64,000 bases of DNA, taken from contig NC_043003.1 of NCBI RefSeq assembly GCF_006345805.1, positions 55,304,001 through 55,368,000 on the forward strand. The letters run 5' to 3'. Within the stretch, counting starts at the first letter, position 1; each line of letters begins with the position of its first letter. The translations under genes and the position numbers were made by a program. Below the pieces are notes generated by a model that made no database searches, had not been told where the DNA came from, and saw only the letters and a program-made list of their open reading frames with translations. The stretch is from Octopus sinensis. Its lineage: Eukaryota. Of this stretch, positions 14,529-28,113 are shown in pieces.

Positions 14529-14979
14529 TATATATATATATATATAAATATATGTATGTAAACACATATCCATACACATACATTCATAGAAAGAAGTTGA
14601 GAAAGAAATGAGCATAGAATATATTTACAGAAGTCGATGTAGGATATTTCACGATATAATTTTAAATCCTGACACCTGTTTCGATGTATTATGTAAACAG
14701 TCGATATTCTGTGAATATCAAACTATCACATGTGATGTGAAGAATTTAAGGCAATATTGACCAAAAGTATATACCGAAACCTAATATCATATATATATAT
14801 AAACCTTCATATCACTGTAAAAGGTATTTTATCTATAGTGAAGTAAGAGGCAATTGCGAGAGAAGAAATAATTCCTGAAAATATATACTGTTAGAGAGAA
14901 GTTAGACAAACATAGATAAGAACACATACAGTATAATGTAATATACGTCGGACAAAAATGAGGGAAAAGGATAGCGTGA

Positions 14980-15058
14980 TATTATTATTATTATTATTAT
15001 TACTATTATTAATATTATTATTATTATTATTATTATTATATTATTATTATTATTATTA

Positions 15059-15141
<83 letters not shown>

Positions 15142-15255
15142 TATTATTATTATTATTATTATTATTATCAATATTAATCTTCTCCTTCTTCTTTTTCTTC
15201 TTCTTCTTCTTCTTCTTCTTCTCCTTCTTCTTCTTCTTCTTCTTCTTCTTCATAC
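14980..15255. repeat. Compound (ATT)n + (TTC)n microsatellite
   Basis: Read directly from the sequence; it explains the poly-L/Y/I/F ORFs in the track. Confidence 0.95.
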
Positions 15256-15268
15256 TCTTATTATTATT

Positions 15269-15430
15269 GAGTGAGAGAGCAGTGCATGCCATCAAAGTGT
15301 CACTGGGGTAAAATATACGAAGCCCAGTATACCCATCATGAATACCTGCCTGACAAGGATATACTAGGCACATGCATTACAACCATATGTGCGCAACATG
15401 GTGATCTCATATCAAGATAAACAGCTCATA
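15269..15430 (-). mobile_element. Interspersed repeat family D with (AAT)n 3' tail
   Basis: GAGTGAGAGAGCAGTGCATG(C/T)CATCAAAGTG…GGGGTAAAATATA…GAAGCCCAG recurs at 49715-50110 (same strand) and at 46085-46530 (opposite strand). The copies here and at 49715 abut (ATT)n. Confidence 0.75.
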
Positions 15431-17189
15431 TAATTCGTTTACGTTCAGTTTTATAAACTATCCCCTACAACCAGCGCTTCCCAAATGTGAATCGATACGA
15501 GCAATTACATTCATATTACCAAATGCATACACACTTCCCATCCTAAACAACAGAAACTAAGGAACTAAATTATTAACGAGCATGAGGCCACTTTTGCTTT
15601 TAAGTATTTACTTTCATCTCAATGAGTTCCTGCCCAGTTATGTTATTCAGTACATAAGAGAGATTGTGTGAATCATTGGTCACATAGGTGTCTTCCGTTG
15701 ACCCAACAGTTTAGGAATTTTCCAAATCGAGCCGACCAAGATAACAGCTTAGTAATTCATATATTACATATAGTTGTTGGTGTTATTTTCACGAGGAAAC
15801 TAACTTTTTTCTTTTCCTTTTCAAATCACACATTGTTTCCATTCCTTCCTTCCTTCTTTCCTTCCTTCCTTCCTTCCTTCATTCATTCCTTTCTTTCTAT
15901 CTTTCATTCACATTGCGGTTCTATTCCTTAAATGTTTTCATATAAGACGTACTTGTTCTGTTCGTAAAAGTTTAGATACTAACATAAAAATCAAACATTA
16001 GGTGTTGACTAAATTAATTTGTTGGCCTGTCTGTTGCACGAGGTGTGCATTAATTAACAGGTAACAATCTAAACTCAGTTATTGCAACGGACCACAGATG
16101 AGTTGTAAATGTATTGTATTAATGGTGTCACTAATAATAATAGCGGCTCGTTCGTGTAACTTAAAAGCAGTAACATTATTGTTCCATACCTGTATAGTGT
16201 TTAAATGGTTAATATTTTATAGAAAATGCTGATTTCGGATTAAATTGATTTACAGTACAGTTCTAAGACAATCTTAGTATTTTAAAGATTACATTTGTTG
16301 ATTGTTGATAGATAGTATTTTTCAGCAACCAATTTCTAACGTCTTAAAATATAGAGATAAGAGAATTAAACTAAACAAATACTAACAAATATTTAGGAAT
16401 AAGTTGCGTAAACCTATGCAAATGTTCACTAGAGTAAGCAGATGAAAATATATCAAATGAGAAACATGATAACTAAATTGAATGGATAGAGACCAACACT
16501 GACTGCTAAACTATAAATTTATAGGTATACATATTCTATCTATACTTCTATAAGTTATATTTGTGAGGTTCTCAGTTGGATGCTAAAATAAACTACAAGT
16601 ACTAGGGAGGTATGCCAGGAATATAATAACAGCAGATATAATACACGACCTGTAGTTTCTCTTAAACAAGCGTAGAGATTTGTCTGTATCCAGCCGCTGT
16701 GAACATATAAAATATCTGTTATAGATGCACCACAAAATATTTTGTCAAGACAATGGTGATATATAGAAATAACCATAATGTAGACGCAAAACAAGGAATA
16801 CTATTATCCCTTCAACTATAAAACACACTGAGATGTATAAAAACCAATAAAGTGTTTGCAAAAAGAATCACTTTCTATTATTATATGTGTAATTTGAAGG
16901 GAAACTGGGATGGTATATGTTTGTATAAGGTAAGTTTGTATAAGGTTAAAACTTGAAAAATAAGGGCAAAGTGGAAGGAGATAAGAAAATAATGCTCTAC
17001 GCCTTTAGTTTAAAGTTTAAAAAAACTGAAAACTGAGAGCATAGGAATTTTATTGGCGGTGCGAAACAGATCCTGAGGATATTAAAAGCACACTGATGGA
17101 GATTGATAGCATAATTTTCAATATATACCATTTATGAATCGATGAATCGAATTATTTCTGAGGGTGCTGTGCTAATGTGTGTGTGTTTA

Positions 17190-17445
17190 TGCGTGTGTGT
17201 ATTTGGCAGACTATCGGATGTTATACATCGCTGCTCACAATCTGCTTCCAATGATACTAACAAATTAGTTAGGCTGAAAGGCAAACATTCCACTTGAACG
17301 GAAACCCAGTCCGTCGCACAGTTATCTGTTTAAAGCTAAATGAACTGGATCAACGTGAAATGAAATATTTTACTGGATATTACAACGCACCGACTGTCTT
17401 GAACCTGAACTGCGGTCTTGCGATAGTGGGTGCAACGCCTTTCCC
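17190..17445 (-). mobile_element. SINE family E, degraded copy
   Basis: AATGAACTGGATCAACGTGAAATGAAATA… resembles the reverse complement of …TTTTACGTTGCTCCAG… in the 60915-61330 copy. Confidence 0.5.
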
Positions 17446-18890
17446 ACAATATATTTGTATTTGCGTGTTTGCGTATTTATAACTATGTGTGTGTGACTAT
17501 ATACACTGCATATATATGTATGCCAGTATGTGCTATATACGTATAAGTTCTCTTTCTCTTATCAATTAAAAAAAAAATCGATCGGCCACCTATTCTGTAG
17601 CAAGATTATGAAAGAAACCATCTTGCTTTGTTCTCAACCTTTAAATATTAAGGTCTTGCTAACGTTTATATTTCTGGATACCGTGATCATTTATGGTGTA
17701 TGAATGAAGCATTAGCGTTTTCTTCCTCAAGAAACTAAGCTCAGCCATACTGTGCTCTAAGTGGGTTTGTATGCGTCCTCTACGAATGTATGAATGCATG
17801 TATGTAAGTATGTATGTATTTATGTATGTATGCATGTATGTGCATGTGTGTTTATGTTTGCATTTGTGCTGAATCATGCAATGGAGACAATGCAATCATT
17901 ACATAATAACCACAAGCAAGAATCAGTAAAATATATTCCACAGTTTCGTTCATGGGATGCGAAAAGGACGATGGGCTTGTATATAGCATTAATAAACAAA
18001 AAGAATTTAAAAAGAACTCGTTCCGATATCATTGTCGGAGTCCAAGACGCAGTTAATGCATGGCAACACAATTTATATTAAGACCGATGGAAAAAACAAA
18101 ATGCATATATATATATAACGATTAAAAAACAGAGAAATTATAATGCAAGCAGAACAGCAAAAAAACAGGAAAAAACAACGATTAAACATTCTGGGAAAAA
18201 CAATGTAGATTATTTGGGCCTCAATATGTGTTTGGTTCACTGATTTGAACCCCAGGACAGTAAAAGAAAAGGCATTTATTCTGTGATTTGTACTACGAAT
18301 GAAAAATCATTCAGGCCGACTTTAACTTCAGTCTATACAAAGGCAATGAGGTAATTAGATGCTGGTTATATTTAATCGATACTTTTCTATCAAGGTCAAA
18401 TACAAGTGTATACTCTTAGTAAGACTTCTACAAAGAAAATCGTTGTATTTGAATTCCTGAGATTATGAGAGTTTCTGTATATAATCGTTTTCTCCTGATA
18501 GAATTTCTACATTGCGATAGATGAAGGTATCAGATGTCAATATACTACTTGTATAAGGGCTTAATTGTTAGAAATACGATCATTTCTGAAGAATATACAA
18601 GACATATTCTACATTTCCTTCTGAATGAATTTGCCAGTTTCATTGTGGTTTAAATTCCATTTCACAAGTACACAGACACACAAGTACAATATACACACAC
18701 ACAACATGCACATAAACTAAAGCACACACATGCCCATACAACACAAACGTTTACGTATATGTATTTGTATATAAAAGCAGTGGTTGAAAATTCTTTCTAG
18801 CTTTCAATTTCATAATTATGGCTTGAATACGAAATTATTTCTTCATTAACTTCTACACAGATATATGTATTATATATATATATATACATT

Positions 18891-18949
<59 letters not shown>

Positions 18950-19511
18950 TCAAAATAAAATAAAAACATGATGCGAAGGATTCAGCGGTACATGTTTCGG
19001 GCCTTTATTAGACAGATTATAACAATGCATAATGTAAAGTCTTGTGGCTTTCTTCAGCCGCGCACAGCAGCTTCACAAGACATGTGTTACAAAAAAAATC
19101 AAATTTCTTGGTTGGGGATGCAAATCCTCTCATTCACGTACGACATAATGCGGCGCAGCATAAATTGAAGCGTCCATCTCTTTCTTCTCTCAATGTGAAT
19201 ATAATTATAAAGTACTCACCCCGAATTTCTATATATATATATATATTAAATAATGTATATATGTAGTATTTATGTATGTATGTATGTATGTATGTATATG
19301 TATGCATGTATGTATGTATGTATGTATGTAATATAATATTATATATAACACCACACACCAACACATATATATATTATATATATATATATACAACTGAAAT
19401 TTATAGAAAAGACGAAGACAGGTGTATGAACAACAAGCAGGTGTAATTTGACGATCGGAAAATGAAAACGTCAGTTACGTTTCGAGCATACGCTCTTCAA
19501 CAGGAAAGGAA

Positions 19512-19546
<35 letters not shown>

Positions 19547-19655
19547 CTATCTATCTATCTGCCTGTCTGTCTGTCTGTCTTTCTGTGTGTCTATCTATCT
19601 ATCTGCTTATCTATCTATCTACCTATCTATCTATCTACCTCACTCTCTCTCTCTC

Positions 19656-19697
<42 letters not shown>

Positions 19698-19835
19698 ATA
19701 TGTCTATCTATTTATCTATGTATATATCTCCCTACTTCCCTCCATCTATCTCTCATTTCTGTCTCTCTGTCTCTCTCCCTCTCTCTGTCTCTCTATATAT
19801 TCATTTTTAAAGTAATAAAGTGAATGTCTGGTCAC

Positions 19836-19897
19836 AGAGTGATCAATAGCTTCGCATCCACGAAGGCTATAGCCTCGCGGATGACTCATCAGATTCC
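19836..19897 (-). ncRNA. Degenerate minimal hammerhead ribozyme motif (intact CUGAUGA, GAAG instead of GAAA)
   Basis: Minus strand reads GGAAT-CTGATGA-GTCATCCGCGAGGCTATAGCCTTCGTGGATGC-GAAG-CTATTG-ATC-ACTCT. Stem II is long (CATCC/GGATG, GCGA/TCGT). Confidence 0.55.
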
Positions 19898-19910
19898 TTA
19901 CCTTCGGACC

Positions 19911-19972
19911 GGGGCCTTATGAGTCGTCCTACAGATTATACCCTTCGTGCATGCTAAACCAATGGTCATTCT
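19911..19972 (+). ncRNA. Degenerate minimal hammerhead ribozyme motif (CUUAUGA, UAAA; intact stem III and GUC site)
   Basis: Plus strand reads CTTATGA (19916-19922), GTCGTCC…GCATGC, TAAA (19955-19958), CC-AAT-GG, TC, ATTCT. Confidence 0.5.
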
Positions 19973-20269
19973 GTGACCAGATATTAACTTTATTACTTTC
20001 ATATTTTAATGCTCTATACTTTAGCGTGTACTTCTTAACGAGATATGTTTGTATGTATGTATGTATGTATGTATGTATGTATGTATGTATGTATGTATGT
20101 ATGTATGTATGTATGCATGTATGTATACATGTATGTATGTGTGTATGTGTATATAGGTGTGTGCGTGAATATGTGTGTGTATATGTGTATGTATATATAT
20201 ATATATATGTATATATTTATATAGATAATAGATACAGAAAGATAGGTACTGTCCATATATACATACACG

Positions 20270-20318
<49 letters not shown>

Positions 20319-20819
20319 TCATACACGCATACAAGGAGGCGCTGAACGTTACTGGCTTTTAGGGTTTCTCAGAGGACTTTCCGATGTCTTTTCCATGAAG
20401 TAGAATGTATTTTTGTTTATTCAAAACCAGGGCCGTTTTCAATATTCCACTATATGTATGTATGTATGTATGCATGTATGTATGTATGTATGTATGTATG
20501 TATGTATGTATGTATGAATGTATGTATGTATGTATGTATGTATGTATGTATGTAGCTACGTATATATAGATACATGTCTCTCTTTATTTTCTGTCTATGC
20601 TTGGTCCTCCCGGACAGCCTGATAATTTGTGTTTGATTACGTCCGCGTAACCTGCCAAATGTTCGGCAAATGTTACTGGTAGAATAAGTAGCAGATTAAA
20701 AGAAAATTAATATAGGGGCCGGCTCGTTGGACTAGAATCTGTAAAGGTAATGCTCCAGTATGACCGTAGACACTAGTGAAAGATAATATTAAAAAATGAA
20801 TAAATAAGTTAATTAAGTT

Positions 20820-21149
20820 AATGAGTTAATTAATTTTGGCTCAAAAAGCAAAAAGCAAGGCTATGTAGGGGGACATGGAGTTATGTACAGGGAGGATGTT
20901 CATGCAAAGAGTTCAGGCCATTTCTGGTCAAGGGGGACTTTGAACCGAGCGGTCGTCGGCATCTTCACCATCTCGTCCGGCAGCTTATTCCACGGATCCG
21001 CAACCCGGACGGAGAAAGCCCCTCCCTTTCGATTGAGATGAAACCGTCGCAGATAGAGCTTTTCGGAGTGACCCCGCAGCCGACGCTCTGGAGCAGGAGT
21101 GAAGAACAGCTCTTTCGAGAGGTTACACTTTCCGCTTATGATGTTGTGA
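20820..21149 (-). mobile_element. Short 5'-truncated copy of the same CR1-clade LINE as 4520-5270
   Basis: Close match to 4540-4862 (…AATTTTGGCTCAAAA…GGGGGACATGGAG…CCACGGATCCGCAACCCGGACGGAGAAAGC…CCGCTTATGATGTTGTGA). Confidence 0.9.
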
Positions 21150-21695
21150 TAAATAAATAGATAAATAACAAGTGAAATGCTTTAATGCAAACCCAGCAAA
21201 CTTACAGTAAAAACCCTTAAACATGTAAAAGAGTAAAATGAAAAATATGGTAAATAGCATCTGTTTTATCAATAAAATTACCAAGGACACGGGACACAGG
21301 GTGTGTTACGGAACATTACAATATTCTAATATTGTTTGCCACTGAAAGAAAGACGAATTATGTTGCGTGCCCTACTATGGCATCATTGGGGTGTTGCGGA
21401 GTATACATAACAAGAAATAAATATACGTACCATGAACTAAATGTTTCGTGAAGTTATTATAGAGAGCTTTTTATTGGGTGAGATACGTCGCCAAAATGAA
21501 ATAGTAGTTAATAGAGAAAATATGGAAATGTTAAAATATTGCAATGTTGACTGAAATGATGGATGTCAAAATGAGAGCAGAAACGGATTGTTCGTTATAC
21601 GATTTATAGGGTACATATGATATTTAAATATAAATAAATAAATGTGTCGGTGGCATTCAAACAGAAACGATTTTGCTACACGGGTGGTGAAGATG

Positions 21696-21766
<71 letters not shown>

Positions 21767-21801
21767 CATATACATAGATAGATACACACACACACACACA
21801 T

Positions 21802-21843
<42 letters not shown>

Positions 21844-21922
21844 AAATGTATACATATATATATACATGTGTGTATAAATATATGTATATATATATACACA
21901 GTACACATACATATCTGTACAT

Positions 21923-21965
<43 letters not shown>

Positions 21966-24900
21966 TATAAACTGCCAAACATACATGTGCATATTAATAT
22001 ATATTCCTTCTGTAAATCGTTTACTCATGTAATCTATTTTACGCAAGTACGAATTGTTAGAACCATGCGCCAATCTACCACTAACTATCTTCGACCCTGA
22101 ATATCTCCTTGTATATCCTTCTATTTACTTCATACGCTTTCTCTCCCTATCCCTCACTAACTCTCGCTATTCACATACGTAGACACAGAGACAAAAACCC
22201 ACACAAATACACACATGTATTTATATAGTAAAACAGACGAATTGGTTATCAGGTACTGGTACACTTGATTCTCTATTATGACATAGACATGTCTATTTAC
22301 ATATGTACTGAGCACAACATACGCAACTCCCAATTCCTCAGGCTTACCAGACATTCTGTCGTGTAGTGACGTGGCTGATTAGTCAACACATCGTGAACAT
22401 GTGAAATTTCTAATCAGAATTAAGAAATGTAAAGTGGGTGGGACTACAATTTATCAATCACAAGAATAGACAGCAGTGTGAGATTGTAAGTTAAGAAATA
22501 GTTAAATGGCGTATCTATTTCTAAAGATGTCATTAAAATTAGCTACCTGAATCATAGAAACTGGTACAGGAAAAACACCTTGTATAGCTGCAGAGAGTAA
22601 GTACTAAGTACGCCATTTGACCCTATCATAACATATTTGGAGACAGCTGCCAACGGTACTCTAAAAAGACTTTTAATGTTTACTGTGTTTGATACATTAA
22701 CGAAGTGACACGTAATGAATTTCAGCATTAATTAATCACTTACTTAATTCCTCTTGATTAAAGTGCTTCGATTAATTATAGCACAACTAATAGAATATTA
22801 GCTTAAATTAGAGGATATCCAGCTAATTATATTTCAGGATAATGACCTAAGAAAAATCACAAAGAACTGCGAAGATTTCTGCGAAAATTCAAAGGGGGCG
22901 GGAAAACGAAAAGGAAATAATTAAAATATAGAGATAGCCATAACCACAGTGACAGCTACTATAATCAATAAATATATAAATAGATACAGAATAGGATAAA
23001 TCTACCAGAGGGGGCCCTCAGCACGGCATTGGCATAGAGGCCGGCATTGGCATAAACAAATAAATATGTATACTAAACTAATGGAAGTAGTTTTCACAAT
23101 AATCAATTTCAATATAGACATATGAATTTATTAATTTATAAATTTATATTAGTTAAATATCAAAATTTAAAGAGAACAGTTATATAGCTGTAGTGATGTT
23201 ACAAGTTGTTAAGGCTAGAAATAATAAAGGAAGAAAGGTAGAACCGATATCCCCAATAACAAAAAAACAAAACAAAGTATGAATTCCAAGTATCCCAATC
23301 TTTCTATTAAGGAATATTGTCACAATATTGTCGAAAATGAGGCAAAACATTTAAAATCGTATAAGTACCACTAAAATAATTTTAAATTATGGGAAGTATT
23401 AAGACAGCTTTAGAATAATTTACAAGTTTTATGAGATGTTGTTATAAAGTCCATAAATCTAACTAAAAGTTGAAAGAATTTGTAGAATTATAATAAATTA
23501 TAACAGTTTATAAAAGCCATAATTAGGGTGAAGCAAATATCATAAGGATACAACATAAAGTTAAAAGGAACTTTTTAAAATGTATTAAATTTAATTATAC
23601 AAAATCATACATTGGTGTCCTTCGTTAGAGCTAAGTGTAGACAAAATTTCCATGTCTCTATCTCAATAAAAAAACTTATTCTCGTATTTACAGACATCTA
23701 ACTGATTTGACTGTAATATTCAACTTTGAAGGGTGCTATAAATATTTTCGGAAGCGGTGACACTTACGCAAATATTCTGGACTGCGTATGTTAACAGTAG
23801 TTTATTATTATTTTTTTAATCGTAAATCCTTCTTCATCTGGTCTTTGCCTTTTGAACAGTAGATAGTCATAAGGACTAGACTGTACCTCAATGATAAAAG
23901 TGTACGGATATATATTTGTAGATTTTTCTCATATCCACAATAAGCAACATTTATTGACCAACGTATATATTTTTGCCTTTCAGTTGTATGTGTGTGAGTG
24001 TGTTTATGTGTGTGTGCGTACGTCACAAATCCTGTATACATAAATAATTTTGTTAAAACGCTATATGAACGGTAAAATATATATTATTATGGAAGGTAAC
24101 AGAATCGAAAGTAACAAGTGTTTTCAGAAAGGCAAATATTTAAATTGGAAGAGAAATTATGAAAGAAGAATGTAAGATACATTACTGTAAAAGAGAGGTT
24201 GAAACGGATTTAATTTATATCAAAATGTTGTATAAAATAACTCATATTGCAGTATTTGAAAATTATACTACAATAACTAAAATAAAATATTGAATTTGTA
24301 TATAATATAAGAGATTATAGCTATGGTTGAAATAGTTTCTTATTTTGTGTAATGTGGCAAAGTGAAGTAATAAAAGTAAAGAAAATCGTATTTAAGCATC
24401 AACTCAACACGTCAATGCGTTAAAATTTACGAAATAACAAATTGGAATGAGAAGTTATGGAATTGTATGATTAATAATGCAAATTATAGAAATTGCATGT
24501 AAAAGAAACCTAAATAACCCTTCATAAGATAACTAAAATTTATTGTAAATTTGTTCAACTTATTTATTTGTGTTTTCACATATCAAGAATATTATATTTC
24601 TATCCATGAACCTCCGTTCCTCGACTGTTGCATGCATTATATGTATTTAATAATACTTTAAAAATTTGATGCGAAAAAGTAAACCAATTATGTAAGCATT
24701 TTGTAATTCTCGACACAAAAAAGTATCATCTCTGAATGTTCAGCCACATATTTATTAAAATTCGCTTGCGTGTATCTGCAAAAAATAAAACAGAGATTCC
24801 TGCAACATATTGAAATTATACAATGAATAGTAGGATAAAATCCGGGCTAGAAAAGAATTGTAACGAAAGAATTTGAAAGAGGTAGAGCATTTGTATTTGA

Positions 24901-27520
24901 AAGTCGAACTTAGGGAGAATTAAATAAAACCACGAAAAAAAATGTATACGAAATTGTAAGCATGTGTATTTCATCTCGTTGTCAAATTAGACAGTAAGTT
25001 ATAATATACCGTTAAAATCGTGCAGACGCACATACATAAATGCAAACATAATGAAATTATGTTATAAATCTTTTCTTTTTCTTGATTTCCTGCCTAGTGC
25101 CATGAATTCATTGATCTTTCAGTACACTCTGGTCTTATAATTGCGGTGCTTATATATTCAAATGAATATTTATTTTGGTAATATATAACAACTCCTGTTA
25201 TAGTGCTGGTGTGTTGGAAGACTTGTGTGACGAATCTTGAACTGAAAAGCTGGCGGTGTAAAATTTTGGTCTTTTATGTTCTGATTCAAAATAACAGTAA
25301 TATTGACAATTTCATCGACTATTCTCTTTCCCAAAGTCTGTGATGCTATGCTAATATAAGACCTCACTATCTGTATGGGCAGAAATTCAAGAAACTCAGA
25401 AATATGAAAACCGACAAAATGCTTACCGGCATTTCTTCCGTCTTTATGTACTGAATTCAAGTTTTGCTTAGTTCGCGTTTGCCTTTAAACCTTCCTGTGG
25501 TAGATGATATAAGCTGACTCCGGGATCGATGATATTAGCTAGTACTCATCCCCAAGTTTTAGGGCTTTGTGCCTATAGAAAAAAGATTACCTGTACGGCT
25601 ATTGAATAAACATTAATGAAAACATAAGCTATAATCGAAGATGGATTTGGAGACATGTATGAATATTTTTATACAAGTACGTTTACAATGTTCACGATTA
25701 TAATATACGTTTACCTGAACTTGCTTTCCAACATGGATGCTTGACACTAGAGAAATCATTTTGTTACAATTGGTTCTAAGACCTATCGGATTTACTCTTA
25801 GTTATTCTAAAGTTTATTTTATCTCTCTCTATAAACATTCTAATTTTACTACCCATCACATTAATAATGATACGAAATATATATCTTATGTTCATGTTCT
25901 ACACATGGTTTCAGTATATCCATATACTATTGCAGAAATGTTCCCATCAAATATGAAGCGCAGCCTATCTAATTCACCTGATGAAAATACGCCAAAGGAA
26001 AATAATTACGTGAAATGCAATATCGGAATAATCTTGTATTCATCATGATATCCTCACTTTCTACTAGTCTGTTTTTGTATGTTAGTGAGGTGCATCCCTC
26101 ATGTGGCCTCATGTTAAGCTTGTTCAGTTCACGATCTTGATGTTGTAGGTTGGATTCAGGGAGGAGTGTACATCGGGCTCGTGCAGTAGTTCCTTTACTG
26201 CCAATAGTTCTGTAGTCTTCGCTGTTTACTTGATAAAGAATTAGAAAGGAAAGAGAGATTTCTGCTCGTGACCACGTATTTTCCGAAAACTATTAGTGAA
26301 AGAGTGATAAAAGCTAACATGCCACAAAGCAAGACACGGCTTTGTTTCCATGTTTCAGTATAAAATCAAAGAGAAACATACCTGGCTTTTCAAGAACATT
26401 TTAGACGGTGTGACGATGCTAATGTGAAACGAGATATCGTGTGAATTATTGCAAGAATATGGACTTCAATAAATTCAGTGAGAATGTTATGAAGAGAATT
26501 AGGTCCCTGATATAGTTTCCATTGCTTTTATGTCTTGTAAAATTTAAGCCTACGGTGGATAATATCTGTTTAAACTGCCACGCATTGGAATCGAGCCCGA
26601 AACTACGGAAATGAGAAAGGAAATGTATAACCACAGCGTCATATCACTGCATTTATAATTAAACAAATAAAATAAGTGACTATTATCATTTAACGTCACA
26701 TTCTCTTTCGCCCCATTCCACTTATTTATGTCTTTCAGAACAGGAAATTGATTTATAAAGGTTATAGATACATTTATTTTTCACCGGGGGTTATTTCTTC
26801 AATACAGTCCTTCTTCCACATATGAGTTTCGTTATGAACAGGCACCTGTTGCAGTATTATTAGATAGGATCCCATAACCGTTGTATTCAAGAATTAAATT
26901 CTTGTTTTGATTTGTGATTCTCTGTGTATATTATTAAATTCTTTATAGAAGTATTTAATTTAAATTTGTTTGAGAAATAAATTCAAGCCCTCCAGTTGTT
27001 TGCCAGCTATCTTGCTGCAATAAATTACCGTCTTCTTAATTGTTGTTCAGTTTTACTCCTACAATTTTATGCGTCGCTTTTATGTCCTTTTATCCGCAAG
27101 CCTTATTGTTGTGCGATGTTTCTTTCATATTTCTCCCCAAATCCTACATTTCGTTCCTGGCTAGAATGTTCTTGAACATTTCATATTTCTTGTTTTGTTA
27201 TTTCTAACGCTAAAACTGTCATGTTCTTGGTTTTTCTCTTACAATTTTAATTGAACAGTTTGTTTTGTCTAGAAGCTTTGGCGTCTATAGTATCTTCAAA
27301 TTCTCTAATCAGTATTTAGTGTGAATTCTTGTATGGAAGCTTCCTTTAACTTTTGACGATTTCCTAATCTGAAATAACTTTTCTACATGAATCAACGGCA
27401 AGAATCTCTGTGCAGGTTTTCATCGTAACATAAGTACTACCCGGCAAATTATATATATACATATACATGTATGCTTGTATATATATATATATAATATATT
27501 ATATAATTATATATATATAG

Positions 27521-27566
<46 letters not shown>

Positions 27567-27655
27567 AATATATATGTATTATATATTATATATATACATA
27601 TATGTATATACATATATATACATATATATATACATATATACATATATATATATAC

Positions 27656-27688
<33 letters not shown>

Positions 27689-27710
27689 TATAAATATATA
27701 TATATATATC

Positions 27711-27755
<45 letters not shown>

Positions 27756-28080
27756 GTATATGTGATATATGTGTAATTGTGTGCATAATTAAATCAAATA
27801 AACACAATTCTTCAAACAAAAGGAAAACATAAAAAAAACATTTGGACGTACACAATAAAGGTATTAACCTGGCAGACAGTGAAAAGGGGAGTGGTTTCGC
27901 GTTTCTATCATAGTTATTCTTCGAAAGGAAAAAGAGAAAGGTCCAAAGATTAAGAAGAAATTGCCAACACACACGAGTAGTGATATTGCTGGGTGAATTT
28001 ACATGAACACGCATATATGTGTACATACACACACACATGTAACTATATATGAATGTATAAATATGATGTATAATATATAT

Positions 28081-28113
<33 letters not shown>

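Larger units (their letters stand above)
19809..19999. repeat. Imperfect fold-back element of two head-to-head arms
   Basis: Left arm AAAGTAATAAAGTGAATGTCTGGTCACAGAGTGATCAATAGCTTCGCATCCACGAAGG aligns with the reverse complement of the right arm, AAAGTAATAAAGTTAATATCTGGTCACAGAATGACCATTGGTTTAGCATGCACGAAGG. Confidence 0.85.

Noticed and set aside
19470-19504. Minus-strand CTGTTGAAGAGCGTATGCTCGAAAC motif (related copy at about 39570-39605) as a hammerhead
   Set aside because: The GAGC/GCTC stem and GAAAC are present, but the core spacing is non-canonical and no stem I can form; treated as part of an interspersed repeat.
22900-23790. AT-rich segment as a decayed LINE on the minus strand
   Set aside because: Only one weak motif (ERLGYLEF) could be read; insufficient to call.
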